Shown: positions 1-13,074 of the stretch, piece after piece
Position numbering within the stretch: position 1 is the stretch's first letter
Layout: every line of letters starts with the position of its first letter
Source: Eledone cirrhosa
Lineage: Eukaryota
Direction of reading: 5' to 3'
NCBI GenBank assembly: GCA_964016885.1
Contig: CAXHJY010001109.1
Span: 1 to 64,000 of the forward strand
Length of the DNA stretch: 64,000 nt
Made by a program: the position numbers and the translations under genes
Notes under the pieces: generated by a model
Told to the model about the DNA's origin: nothing
Databases searched by the model: none
Seen by the model: only the letters and a program-made list of their open reading frames with translations

Positions 1-767
1 CCACCATCACCACCACCATCACCACCACTACCACAACCACCATCACCACCACTACAACCAGTACCATCACCACCACCATCACCACCACCATCACCACTAC
101 CACTACCACCATCACCATCACCACTACCACCATCACTACCACCATCACCACCACTACCACCATCACCACCACCATCACCACTACCACCATCACCACCACC
201 ACCACCATCACCACCACCACCACCACTACCACCATCACCACCACCATCACCACCACTACAACCAGCACCAGCACCACCACTACCACCATCACCGCCACAA
301 CCACCAACACCACCACAACCACCGCTACCACCAGCACCACCACTACCACCATCACCACCACTACCACCACTACCACCACAACCACCATCACCACCACCAG
401 CACCAGCACCACCACTACCACTATCACCACCACAACCACCAACACCACCACAACCACCGCTACCACCAGCACCACCACTACCACCATCACCACCACTACC
501 ACCAACACCACCACTACCACCACAACCACCATCACCACCACCAGCACCAGCACTACCACTATCACCACCACAACCACCATCACCACCACTACCACCAGCA
601 CCAGCACCGCCACTACCACCATCACTGCCACTACCACCATCACCACCACAACCACCATCACCACCACTACCACCATCACTACCACAACCACCATCACCAC
701 CACTACCACCAGCACCAGCACCACCACTACCACTATCACCACCACTACCACCATCACCACCACTACA
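1..767. repeat. Imperfect (ACC)n trinucleotide repeat with ACT/ATC/ACA/AGC variants
   Basis: Directly visible; runs off the window start. Confidence 0.95.
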
Positions 768-768
768 C

Positions 769-922
769 TGAGCATTATAATAAATGTTTGGTAAATCCAT
801 ACGTACATATATATATGTGTGCATGTATGTATATATATATATATACATACTACTGTACGTATGTATACATATATGTATGTACGTATACATACTTATATTT
901 AAGTAACAGCCGCACTAAGAGT
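769..922 (+). mobile_element. Diverged fragment of the ~478-bp HHR element family (no HHR in this piece)
   Basis: ctactgtacgt..gtatacatatatgtatgtacgtatacat..atttaagtaa..actaagagt matches 19560-19637 and the reverse complement of 53970-54085. Confidence 0.7.
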
Positions 923-1150
923 ACACTTTATTTCACGTTGCTCCAGTTTACTCAGCTGTAGAAATGAAATCGGACCGAGGAAACATTGTTTCCATGTGTC
1001 TTTCTAATTGCTAATACTATCTATCGGTCGCAACTCCAGGTAGAAGGAGAAACGTGAAATAAAGTGTATTGCCCAAGGACATAACGCATCGCCCGGTCCA
1101 GGACTCGAACTCACAACCTCACGATTGAGAGTTCAATTCTCTTACCACTC
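923..1150. mobile_element. Two CORE-SINE pieces in opposite orientation
   Basis: acactttatttcac..ctccagtttactcagctgtagaaatg on +, then a minus-strand tRNA-like head (B-box gagttcgagtcc). Confidence 0.7.
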
Positions 1151-1445
1151 AATGTGTGGTGACAGTCAAGTTTGCAATTTTCAACTGTAATGAGATGGGT
1201 AAATTTTGTACCTTATATACAGTGAAAAGTGGCTCCACAATGCTAAATCTTGCAAACTGTATTTCGACCAATTGGTGTGTAGTTTCACTGAATTACTAAA
1301 GCTGATTGGTTTAGGCATCACGGTTGGTTGAGCATGTCTAACGACCACTAATTGATCCTACCCAAAGCATCAATTGTTTTGCTATTTTTAGAAATGATGA
1401 AAATAGCGATGCGGCACATGTCAATCCATACACGCTGGTCAATAT

Positions 1446-1778
1446 ATGAAAACAAAAACTGGAAAAATATTCCCAAATGCAAATATGAACTGCAAAAGCA
1501 GAAATCTAATTTACTGCCTTAAATACCCGAATTGTGAAGAACTATATGTCGGTCAAAGTGGAAATGCACTATCGGAACGTGCACGGGTACACCGTCAGCA
1601 AATCAGAGACCCAAATGTCCGCCAAATACCCCTAAGTAACCATCTAGCAACATGTGGTGGTCAGGGAATATTTATAATATTCCCATTCTACAAATTACAC
1701 AGCCCAAGTGAAATCAAGAGAAAAATCAAAGAAAAGAATTTTATTGATAAATTCAAACCCAAGATAAATGAACAATAA
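1446..1778 (+). CDS. PLE GIY-YIG endonuclease fragment
   Basis: NCKSRNLIYCL..C..LYVGQS..LSER..H..R..E motifs. Confidence 0.85.
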   Translation: MKTKTGKIFPNANMNCKSRNLIYCLKYPNCEELYVGQSGNALSERARVHRQQIRDPNVRQIPLSNHLATCGGQGIFIIFPFYKLHSPSEIKRKIKEKNFIDKFKPKINEQ

Positions 1779-2160
1779 TAATGCTTAGGGGTATTACTTC
1801 TACTATGACTATGACTACGACCATGTCGACTATGACCACTAACAACAACAACAATAATAATAATAATAAAAGTGATGTTGATTGTGATGATTACTAGAAA
1901 ATGCTATTTTCATCATTTCTAAAAATAGCAAAACAATTGATGCTTTGGATAGGATCAATTAGTGGTCGTTAGACATGCTCAACCAACCGTGACGCCTAAA
2001 CCAATCAGCTTTAGTAATTCAGTGAAACTACACACTGATTGGTCGAAATACAGTTTGCAAGATTTAGCATTGTGGAGCCACTTTTCACTGTATATAAGGT
2101 ACAAAATTTACCCATCTCATTACAGTTGAAAATTGCAAACTTGACTGTCACCACACATTA

Positions 2161-2199
2161 TGAACCTGAAGATTGCGAAAGCATGAAAGTACTTGTTCA
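2161..2199 (+). ncRNA. Minimal type I hammerhead ribozyme
   Basis: tgaac CTGAAGA t-tgc-gaaa-gca-t GAAA GTACTT^ gttca. Stem I tgaac/gttca; palindromic stem III AGTACT. Confidence 0.85.
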
Positions 2200-2330
2200 A
2201 TTAACACTTAACATTTAATATTCTAGCATACTATTTCATTATAATACCATTATAAATTTTAAAGGATTGTAAATAAAACGAGTAAATCAGACAAAGTTGG
2301 AATTCCTCTTATTAATATATATATGTATAC

Positions 2331-2379
<49 letters not shown>

Positions 2380-2391
2380 GATATATATACC

Positions 2392-2518
2392 TCAGATCAT
2401 TGAAGCTCACGGTGGAGATGACGAAGGACCGTGACGAGATGCTGTGCTGAATAAGACCCGTCCCACCCTTGCAAGCAGGGAAAAGCGGACGTAAAATGAT
2501 GATGATGATGATGATGAT
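2392..2518 (+). mobile_element. RTE LINE 3' tail ending in (ATG)n
   Basis: Reverse complement of 11025-11155. Confidence 0.8.
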
Positions 2519-2525
2519 ATATATA

Positions 2526-4372
2526 TCATCATCATCGTTTCACGTCCATCTTCCACGCTTGCGTGGGTTTGGACGGAAATTTTCCCACTTGAGGCAAGAT
2601 TGGTTGTATTGCTCGTTTAGGACTGTCTGGCGGGTTTTCTACAGCTGGATGCCCTTCCTAACACCAACCATGTTTACAGTGTGGACTGGGAGGTTTTTAC
2701 CGTGTTACCTTCACGGCCACATTACAGCGTGGACTGTGTTTTTTTTGTCGTGACACCTACACGACCTCATTTATTTTGGACTGGATGTTGTGGTACCAAC
2801 ATAACTTTACATCGAAAGAGGTAGTGTGGATGGGGTGGGGGTAGTGGGACGGGGGTGTATTTTTGTTAAGCGGTGCCTACTGACTGTAGGTTTCGCTTTG
2901 TACTTAGGCAAGGCGGGTCTTCTGTATTACTGCGTAGCGCCAAAGATCTTGGTCCAGTGACATTGTCTTGGAGAGGTGAAAGTGTGTGAGGTCGGAATTT
3001 GTCAAGTCGTCCCAGGTTTTTCTGGGCCTGCCTACTCCGTGGTTACCGTCTATTTTTATCGCCCTGCACTTTTTTATACAGCTGTCATCTTTCATGCGCA
3101 TCACGTGACCATACCAACGTAGTCTTCTCTCGAGTAAACAACATCTGATTCCTCTTATTCCTAATTTCTCCATTAGTTCATTTATGCTTTGCCGTTCACG
3201 TATATTACTATTACACATCCAACAGAGCATGCAAGCTTCGTTCCTCTCTAGTCTGCATATATCCTCTGCACACAATGCCCAGGTCTCACTGCCATGCAAC
3301 ATTGCTGTTCGTATGCAGGCATCATACAGCCTGCCTTTCATTTTTAGGGAGAACCCTTTAGCGGCTAATAGTGGTATAAGCTCTCTGAACTTTTTCCATC
3401 CAGTTCTGACTCTAGCTACTGTTCTTTCAGAGCACCCTCCCCCACTGCTGATTTTGTCACCCAGGTAACGGAAGCTGTCGACTATTTCTATAGAACCATC
3501 TGTGCAATTGAAAGAGCTAGTATTCTGTGGGCACTTGCTGCTACTTATTGCACCTGAGCACCGGCCACATATAAAATCTATGTTCTTAGTTAGCTTACCT
3601 GTGATCCCACTACATCTTTTATGCACCCATACTTTGCATTTGGGACATACAATGGAGTTTCTACCTACTCCTTTCCTACACACTGAGCATGGCCATTTCC
3701 CGGATGGAACCGGCGCCCTATTTTCCTTCCTACAAACTAGAACTTTAATCTTAGACAGGTTAATTTTAAGGCCTTTTGATTCTAGGCCATGCTTCCATGT
3801 TTGGAATTTCTTCTCTAGTTCGGCCATTGATTCAGCTATGAGCGTTAGATCATCTGATTATAGGAGTTCCCATGGGCAGCCGGTCTTGAACTCATCTGTT
3901 ATAGCCTGAAGGGCAATAATAAATAGTAGGGGGCTAAGAACAGAGCCCTGATGAACACCAACTTTTACGCTAAACTCTTCACTATATTCGTTGTTAATTC
4001 TAACCTTGCTCACTGTTTCTTTATACATGGCTTGTATAGCTCTCACAAGCCATTCATCAACACCTAGTTTTCTAAGAGCCCACCAGATAATGGAACGGGG
4101 GACTCTGTCGAAGGCTTTCTCCAAGTCGACAAAAGCTAAGTATAGGGGTTTACTTTTAGCTAGGTACTTCTCCTGTAGTTGTCGTACAATGAAAAGAGCG
4201 TCTGTGGTACTTTTACCTGACACAAACCCGAATTGCATTTCATCTAGATCAATTCTCTCTCTGATTAGTTGTGCTATTACTTTTTCTGTGACCTTCATGA
4301 CCTGGTTGATTAATTTAATGCCTCTATAGTTACTCCTATCTAGGGCATCTCCTTTACCCTTGTAGCAGTTAA
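2526..4372 (-). mobile_element. 5'-truncated RTE LINE (RT, Cys-rich insert, 3'UTR), inactivated
   Basis: QFGF, FVDLEKAFD and GVHQGSVLSP motifs; YADD replaced by *SDD; (ATG)n tail. Confidence 0.92.
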
Positions 4373-4523
4373 TCGCTTATTATTACTGTTATATGCTTCC
4401 CCAATTATGCCCAAAATTCGAAGATTTCATTTAAAACCTCTTGCTAACCACCCCATTTGTTTTTCTAAAATAACAATCTTGTTTGTTTAAATTTGGCCGA
4501 AAAAAATTCTAGGATTTATATAC

Positions 4524-4554
<31 letters not shown>

Positions 4555-4576
4555 CATATATATATACATGTATATA

Positions 4577-4662
4577 TATCAGAGCTGTATGGGAGCATCC
4601 CAAAAGTCAGCTCAAAAGTGACACAGAGGAGACTGAGGTTAGCTGGACATGCTCACCGACAT
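4577..4662 (+). repeat. ~86-bp duplicate of 7562-7647 (LINE fragment)
   Basis: atcagagctgtatgggagcatc...gctcaccgacat occurs on both sides of the PLE, with 3 differences. Confidence 0.85.
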
Positions 4663-4699
4663 ATATATACATATATATATATATATACATATATATATA

Positions 4700-7478
4700 T
4701 GTAGGAGGTGAGTTTTATTGTAGTACAATAAAGCAATGCAGATATCGGATAAGAAGCACTCTACAGTTTGTGGGACTGGAGTATGCATAATATAAGATCA
4801 AAAGATGGTTAAAGGAGTTCAATATATTTTATTATGCGCATTTCAAAAACAAACATCATCAAACAATAATATTTGTGTTTTCATCAGATAAAACAGGAGA
4901 ACATGATATGAGGGCTAAAAAAAAAAACACTTGTTGATAGTGCAGTTTTAAATCAACATATGAAAAGTGGTTTTAGATTGATGTGTGATATTGGGAAAAA
5001 TATTTTATTTAGAGAGGGGGGGAGAGAAAAGGATGAAAAGGGAAGGAGATGAGAGGGAGAGATGGGTGATAGAGAGAAAGAGATAGTTTTTATAACAGAG
5101 AGGAGATATATTTTATATAGAGGGGTTGAAAACCGTTGGAAGATACTGTATAAATTAAAAATTTTGAAAATTAACGAAGGGAGGATATGTGCGAGGAAAA
5201 AATATATTATATTTAGGGAGGGGTGGGGGTGGAAAGGATGAAAAAAAGGGGAGGAGATGAGAGTGAAGGTGGAAAGGGAGAGATGGGTGATAGAGAGAAA
5301 GAGATAGTTTTTATAACTGAGAAAAAGATATAATGTTTTAATATAGAGAGGTTGGGAACCGTTGGAAGATAATGTATAAATTAAAGGAATTTGAAAATTA
5401 ACGAAGGGAAATTATGTATGGAGATAGAGAGAAAAAAAATAACGAAGGGAGATTATGTATGGAGATAGAGAGAAAAAAATAATAATTGTGGGTGAATATT
5501 CTAACGTCAAAAGGAGAAATGTAGGAATTTTAAAATTAGCAAAGAGAAAAAGTTTATGTGTAGGATTTGAGAAAAATAATGTGAAGTTAAAGTTTTTATA
5601 TTGAATTCATATGTATTAATAATGAGTTCGTTGATGGGGAGAAAAAAATAATAATAAATTAAGGATGAAATTGAGATTAAAAAGATTTATGATAGAGAGA
5701 AAAAATAATAATGATTGCGGATGAATACTCAAAATGTCAAAAACAAATGTTATTGTTTTACGAGGAGATATAATGAGGGTGATGAGTAAACGGGTATTAT
5801 AGAGTGTATAATGCCCTTTAAAGTAAGGTAGATGGGTATATTTTAAAGAATATATGAGTATATATTAAAAAAAATATATAATAATAAATTAAGGATGAAA
5901 TTGAGATTAAAAAGATTTATGATAGAGGGAAAAAAAAAAAAAAAAATAATAATGATTGCGGATGAATATTCAAAATGTCAAAAACAAATGTTATTGTTTT
6001 ACGAGAAGATAGGATGAGGGAAAAGAGTAAACGAGTATTATAGAGTGTATAATGCCCTTTAAAGTAAGGTAGATGGGTATATTTTAAAGAGGTGTATGTA
6101 TATGTGCCTTTGAGAAAAGATTCTAAATTGATAAAGAATTGAATATTAACTGTATACTTTGTGAAAAGTTCTATGGAATTTATGCAGGCAGATGGAAAAC
6201 AAATCCGAGCGTCTATTTATTATGGATTCTAGGTTAGAGATAATGGTAAATTTTTCATTTAGGCAGAGATTACAGATTTTAGATAGAGAACTGTTCAAGT
6301 ACGAGGATGCAGAAGAAATCTTTTTCCAAAAGATGTTATATTTAATGTTTTTGTCTTTTAAGGACCATATGAGTTCTGAGAGAGCAGTGTTAGTTCTTTT
6401 AAGTTTGTATTTGAAAGATGAATGATGATTATAGAGACGAGCTTTAAAAGAGGTGGAAGTGGAGCCAAAATAGGTGAAGGAATTGGTGCTAGTTATAATT
6501 TTACATTCATAAATTAAGTTTTTATCGAGGCAGTGGTTGTTGAGAGGACATTTATTTTTAATGCGGCAGTTGCAATTAGAGAGATTATTAATGAGTGATC
6601 TAGTGTTATCTATAGAAGGAATTGGATTGGAGAAGTTGTTTGCGATAGGAATAATAGGAATAATAGTTTCTTGATTTAGAGTTGGATTATGAACATTTAG
6701 CGAAGTTGTGTTTGACGTTGCATTTGGGTTTACAGAAGTTAGCCTAGGGTTTACAATGACGTCAGGAGTACTATTATTGTTATTATGAGATTCAATATTG
6801 GAAGGAAGAGATTTAGTATTTAATATTTTGTTGTTGTGTTTAGAAATGATGTTGGAAATATTGGAGGATGTAGAATACGAAAATTTGATGGTGTGTTTGT
6901 TAAATATTTTACTATAGATATGTGAGGGAGGGAAGCATTTATTTAAGGCACTAAAAAATAATTTAGGAATATTGTTATTAATAGAGATGGAGAAAGGAGC
7001 ATTATACCAGATTATGTTTTTGTATCTAGGTCTTTTATTAAAATTATTGGAATGGTTATGATTAAATATTCTACTGTAAGTTTTCCTAGAATTTGTTTCT
7101 TTATTATATTTGATTTTATCTGGATAGCCGGCTTTAGAAAGTGCGTTATTATAGTAATTGGCGTTAGCATCAAAGATGTTTTTATTAGAAGATATGTTAG
7201 ATATTCTATTTCCAATATTATTAACTATAGCATTCTTGATATTGGTAGGATGGTTAGATTTAAAGTTAACATAATTAAGATTCTCATTGTTTTTATGGTA
7301 AGGGTAATATAGGCCAGTGTCAAGGTTAAGAGATACATCCAAGAAATTAGCTAGTTTGGTACTATTATCAAATTCAATTTTTAGGTTATGTTGGTTAAAG
7401 AGATTACGTATATTGTTCTTAATAATATTAAGTTTAACTATATTGCAATTTAGGATAGTAAAGAGTCCATCGTCACGA
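4700..7478 (-). mobile_element. 5'-truncated Penelope-like element (RT from YRDD, GIY-YIG, ~1.4 kb 3'UTR/pLTR)
   Basis: YRDDGL, NFLDV, YVNFKSNHP, IIWYNAPFS, CNC..CPL..C, LIYEC..YFGST..FKARL, CNLC. The ORF N-terminus upstream of 7478 is TA-repeat readthrough. Confidence 0.92.
4825..4895 (-). ncRNA. Type I hammerhead ribozyme in PLE pLTR
   Basis: Minus strand: tgttttat CTGATGA [~16-bp stem II with G-U pairs] GAAA TGCGCA TA^ ataaaata; palindrome ATGCGCAT. Confidence 0.85.
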
Positions 7479-7496
7479 TAAATATATATATGTATA

Positions 7497-7550
<54 letters not shown>

Positions 7551-7561
7551 CATATATATAT

Positions 7562-7862
7562 ATCAGAGCTGTATGGGAGCATCGCAAAAGTCAACTCAAA
7601 AGTGACACAGAGGAGACTGAGGTTAGCTAGACATGCTCACCGACATCCAGAGTTGACATTGCACTCAGTGCTCCTTTGGGAGCCCCTACATGGACACACT
7701 AGAAGAGGAAGACTAAGGTTAACGTATGTTGATGCCCTAAGGACAGACACTGGTCTGTTGGAGACGCAGGACATGGCAGCGATAATGAGGGACAGAGACC
7801 GCTGGAGAGAACTCGTCCATGGATCTTGGGAATTTTACCCGCCTTAGATAGATAGATAGATA
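7562..7862 (+). mobile_element. RTE-type LINE 3' fragment with (GATA)n tail
   Basis: QRRLRLARHAHRH..VLLWEP..RGRLRLTYVDAL resembles an RTE C-terminus. Confidence 0.7.
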
Positions 7863-8197
7863 TATACACATATCTATATATATATATACACATATCTATA
7901 TATATATATACACATATATATATATACACACACACACACATATATATATATATACACACATACATATATATACACACACACACACATATATATACACACA
8001 CACACACATATGTATATATATATATATCCATCGAAACCCATGCAAGTGTGGAAGATGGACGTTAAACGATGATGATGATGATGTATACACACACACATAT
8101 ACACACACGCACACACATATACCACCACCCCACTCTCCAGAGGGTGAAATTAATAAACATTCGTTGTACTGCCTCTCTGTTTTGTTCCAAATTTTCC

Positions 8198-8247
<50 letters not shown>

Positions 8248-8329
8248 CACACACACATATATATATACATACATATATATATACACATACATATATATAT
8301 TACATATATATATACATATATATATATAT

Positions 8330-9255
8330 AATACATTATGAAGAGAGAAGAAACATTTAGATATAATTAGTAATAAAATGTATCATACCTAAACTGCTTC
8401 TAAATTCCTCGACTACGTAGTTTCGTGGCATAAACAAAAACAATACATCATAAAGATATAGAGTACTTGCGAGGTCTGCCGACTTATCAAGAGGATACCT
8501 CATTTTACTAGTCTCAAGAACGCGTCTACACGACGTGAGAAAGAATCCCAAAAGGCGGAGGGGGAGATAATCACGCGATATAACGGTCGAGAAACAGAGC
8601 TAAGCCTCTTATAACCCCGAAGAAAATACCACGGAGGCGGAGGGGGTATTTATATCGAGGCCGTAGAAGAGGTGGTGAAGGAGGCGAGAAGTATGAGTAA
8701 TGGAAGCTTTCCAGTTGTCCCCACACTTCAAAGATTGCTCGACCAGAGGGAGTTATTAACAATATATTTAGAAACACACAGATACATGCGGACACACACA
8801 TATACATGAATGCATCCGCACCCAACTGTGAGTTAAGGGTGCCAACTTCACCGATGTTGCTCAATGAATGACTGGGACAGACCAATCCGGTTGAACTAGA
8901 CTGAACCAGTATCAGAGTTAAAAATATATCTTTATGATATATATCTTTATGATATATATATCTTTATGATATATTGTTTTTGTTTATGCCACGAAACTAC
9001 GTAGTCGAGGACTCTAGAAGCAGTTTAGGTATGATACATTTTATTACTAATTATATCTAAATGTTTCTTCTCTCTTCATAATGTATTTTTAACTCTGATA
9101 CTGGTTCAGTCTAGTTCAACTGGATAGGTCTGTCCCAGTCATTCATTGAGCAACATCGGTGAAGTTGGCACCCTTAACTCACAGTTGGGTGCGGATGCAT
9201 TCATGTATATATGTGTGTGTCCGCATGTATCTGTGTGTTTCTAAATATATTGTTA
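8330..9255. mobile_element. Non-coding ~595-bp HHR element plus an inverted, permuted partial copy
   Basis: Unit A-M-B at 8330-8925; ~8955-9255 is the reverse complement of a B-to-A junction. Confidence 0.75.
8406..8495 (-). ncRNA. Type I hammerhead ribozyme, U3-A8 core variant
   Basis: Minus strand: tcctc TTGATAA gt-c-ggca..tgcc-ac GAAA CTACGTAG TC^ gagga. Confidence 0.75.
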
Positions 9256-9321
9256 TATATATATACTCATACATATTATATATATGTCCCACCGTTGCAA
9301 GCAGGGAAAAGCGGATGTAAA

Positions 9322-9353
<32 letters not shown>

Positions 9354-9753
9354 ATACACATACATATATATACATATAAATATACACATACATACATATA
9401 TATATACACACACATACACATGTTTAGTGTTTTCACACAAAAGCTGAGCCAAGTGAAGTTAACTGTTAGTACGTACATAAATAATTGATGTACATCTCTT
9501 TATGACAGTCTTGCATTGAAAAAAATCCATCAACAACAACAATAAAGTTGATAATTAATACATACTCTGGGGACATTTAAAGTGAGCTGAATATTGTATT
9601 TGTTTATTGCCTACAGTATTTTTATGTGTCTGTTTGTGTGTGTGTATATATATATATATATCAGGATAGAACCAGTTTAAAACTAGTCCGACCATTACTC
9701 AATAGAATATTCGGTACTTTGTGTAGGAGAGCATGGTTATATGATAAAGAGCT

Positions 9754-9965
9754 GGGCAGTGGATTGGCAGTATTTGTAGAGGGTTGGACGCCATGCTTTC
9801 CAGCATAGTTACGGCCGTCTACGGTGTGAGTTCAAATCCCGCCGAGGTTAACTTTGCCTTTCTTCCTTACGGGGTCGATAAACTAAAGTACCAGTAATGT
9901 ACTGGGGTCGATTTAATCGCCTTCCCCCTCCCCCAAATTACTGGCCTTGTGCCTATATAAGAAAT
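9754..9965 (+). mobile_element. tRNA-derived SINE, family 1
   Basis: A-box-like tggcagtatt, B-box gagttcaaatcc, body actttgcctttc..ggggtcgataaa..aagtaccagt. Further copies near 26490, 35340-35720, 37200, 37770, 39660, 41725, 42155, 43000 and 56700. Confidence 0.8.
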
Positions 9966-10870
9966 CATGATAAAGATCCGACGGCTGAGCTCTTGTCGTT
10001 TCAACAGCTATCCTGGAACTAGCTGTTGAAACGGGTCCCCATTCTTTATTCTATACACACACACACACAGATATATATATATAAAGAGAGAGAGAGAGTT
10101 CGAAGTTTGAAAGCCATGACAATACGAGTTTGAATGGAGAATAATTAAATCGTAAGAAACATGTCCTGACATGTGACAAGCCACATCTGACACTGTAATA
10201 GTTTCTTTATTTTCCTTGGAAGAAGAGCTATTGATCTTGAAATATCAGGACCTATGAATAAATCAAGGTTAAAAAACAAGCGCTGTTTCTTATGATTTAA
10301 TTATTTTCCGTTCAAACCCACTTTGTCGTGGTTTTCAAACTTCAAACTCTTTATACCATATACAATGCTTCAAGTAAACTACAAATTTCTTACATATATG
10401 TATACACACACTATAACACACACACACAGAATTGTCCCCCGGTATTCGCGGGGGCTACATCCCTAGAGCACCCTCGAAGAGTGAAAAAAAGCGAATATGT
10501 ATATATATATATAATGTATATATATATATATAAAGAATTAGTATATCTACCAACATATATATACAGATGCATACCTATGCTAGCAAATATATAGGTTTTG
10601 TGGTTCAATGCAAGGGGATGCAGAACAATTATATGAAAGACGTAAAATAAGAAAATTATAAAAATCAACTTACTAAAATTTCACTCCAACTAATTAGTTT
10701 CTGTAAGGGAATAAACATGGTTTTGGAATGAAACCACATTAGTTGGAGTGAAATTTTAGTAAGTTGATTTTTATAATTTTCTTATTTTACGTCTTGTATA
10801 TATATATATGTATGTTTATATATATGTATATATATATATATATATATGTATGTATATATATATATGTATG

Positions 10871-10917
<47 letters not shown>

Positions 10918-10930
10918 ATATATATGTATG

Positions 10931-10973
<43 letters not shown>

Positions 10974-11023
10974 ATATGTATGTATGTATATATGTATGTA
11001 TATATATATGTATGTATGTATAT

Positions 11024-12022
11024 ATCATCATCATCATCATTTTACGTCCGCTTTTCCCTGCTTGCAAGGGTGGGACGGGTCTTATTCAGCACAGCATCTC
11101 TCCACTTGTCACGGTCCCTCGTCATCTCCACCGTGAGCTTCAATGATCTGAGGTCTGTTCTCACCACCTCCACCCATGTTTTTCGTGGTCTACCTCTACC
11201 ACGTCTTCCTTCAACTGATAATTCCTGGCACTTCTTCACCCATCGGTCATCCTCCATGCGCATCACATGTCCATACCACCTCAGTCTCCTCTCAGACACA
11301 GTTTCTCTCTCAACACATTTATGCTGGGTCGTTCACGCACATTTACACTGCACATCCAACGGAGCATGCTTGCCTCATTTCTCTCCAGCCGTCGCATATC
11401 CTCTGCAGTTGCTGCCCATGTCTCACTACCATGCAGCATCGCGCTCCTCACACAGGCATCATACAACTGGCCTTTCGTACGCAGGGAGAAACCCTTCTTC
11501 GTCAACAGAGGAAGCAGGTCCCTAAACTTCTTCCAACCCGTCCTTTTGCTAGATACTATGGCCTCGGAACACCCTCCTCCCATGCTAATCTGATCCCATA
11601 GGTACCGGAAGCTATCCACCACTTCTATAGCGCCCTCTTGCATTTGAAAAATGTGTCTATCAGTGCGACTTCTACTGTCTAATTTTCCTGTACATCTACT
11701 GCATACATATTTCTCCCTACCTGTTAGTTTGCCTGCTATCCCGCTACATCTCTTGTGTACCCAGGATCTGCATTGTGTGCATTTTATAGAATTTATGCCA
11801 GTTCCTTTTCTGCATATCGAACATGGCCATTTCCCTGACGGAATCAGGGTTTTGTCCTCTTTTCTACTCATCAACACTTTTGTCTTAGCTAGATTCACTC
11901 TCAGTCCTCTTGCTTCCAACTGCTGTTTCCATAGCCAGAATTTATTCTCTAGCTCCTCTACTGATTCTGCTATAAGAACCAGATCGTCAGTGTAGAGAAG
12001 TTCCCATGGACAGCCAGTCTTA
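11024..12022 (-). mobile_element. 5'-truncated RTE LINE, subfamily with short 3'UTR
   Basis: [33 protein letters not shown]; (ATG)n tail. Confidence 0.9.
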
Positions 12023-12195
12023 AATATGTATGTATATATGTATGTATGTATATATATATATGTATATATGTATGTATGTATATATATATATGTATATATG
12101 TATGTATGTATATATATATGTATATATGTATGTATATATATATGTATATATGTATGTATGTATATATATATGTATATATGTATATATGTATATAT

Positions 12196-12606
12196 GGGAG
12201 AGATGAACCCTTAACCTTTGTCAAGGCAGAATTCTAGGAGAAGGAAAACTCTGATATAACACCTGCAACCCTGATGGTATCCAAAGATGTTGACTTGTTC
12301 TTCTTTTTGGTAAATATCATCTTGGTTAAGAGAGTGGGACTGGCTTTGTGCAGTGCCTTTGCTAACTATAAAAGCTTCACGGCACAGGCATTGCTTTATA
12401 TCTGGAGATCTCTCTGCACTTGTCGTCACATGGTACCATGGGCCCAGCACTATGTGTCAATAATTGTCACAAGTGTAGTGTTTGTACCAGAGTTTTCGAG
12501 TCGCTGGCTGGACTGAAAAGTCACACTCGTTCAGCGCATCGGTAGGAGTTCTCCTACATGGATATAAAGTAGTGGCCATACACGAGAGCGAGTTGGCAGC
12601 CACCAT
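12196..12606 (+). mobile_element. Bipartite non-autonomous RTE-like element, 5'-truncated
   Basis: Matches the 3' two-thirds of 17232-17840 and 20026-20636. Confidence 0.8.
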
Positions 12607-12627
12607 GTATATATGTATATATGTATG

Positions 12628-12975
12628 CATCATCATCATTTCATCATTTCATTTTACGTCCGCTTTTCCCTGCTTGCAAGGGTGGGATGGGAACAGATTC
12701 TGGCTTGATTTCTACAGCTGGATGCCCTTCCTAACACCAACCTCATTTACAGTGAGTGCTGGGTGCTTTTTTGCCGTGGCACCTCCACGACCACTTTGAA
12801 GTGGAATGATAGGGACCCAGTCCCTATAATCTCATTTCTACAGCTGAGTAAACTGGAGCAATGTGAAATAAAGTGTCTTGCTCAAGGAAGCAACACATCA
12901 CCCGGTCTGAGAATTGAACTCACAACCTTTCGATTGCAAGGCCAATGCTCTAACCACTAAGCCATGTGCCTCCAT
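12628..12975 (-). mobile_element. tRNA/CORE SINE with RTE-derived 3' tail
   Basis: Reverse complement of 53578-53910. Confidence 0.85.
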
Positions 12976-13074
12976 GTATATATATGTATATATATATATG
13001 TATATATGTATGTATGTATATATATATGTATATATATATGTATGTATAAATATATGTATGTATATATATATGTA

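Larger units (their letters stand above)
1151..2310 (+). mobile_element. 5'-truncated Penelope-like element: inverted partial pLTR, GIY-YIG ORF, then pLTR
   Basis: 1151-1408 is the reverse complement of ~1903-2159; GIY-YIG ORF lies between; HHR at 2161. Confidence 0.85.

Noticed and set aside
1-767. Thr/His/Pro-rich coding exon
   Set aside because: Simple trinucleotide repeat with no start, splice or domain evidence in the window.
9996-10033. 14-bp perfect hairpin as a terminator or miRNA
   Set aside because: Eukaryotic repeat context and no supporting features; likely a small inversion.
10212-10250. HHR-like tcct-tggaaga..GAAATATC-agga
   Set aside because: The core box is not CUGANGA or a compensated variant.
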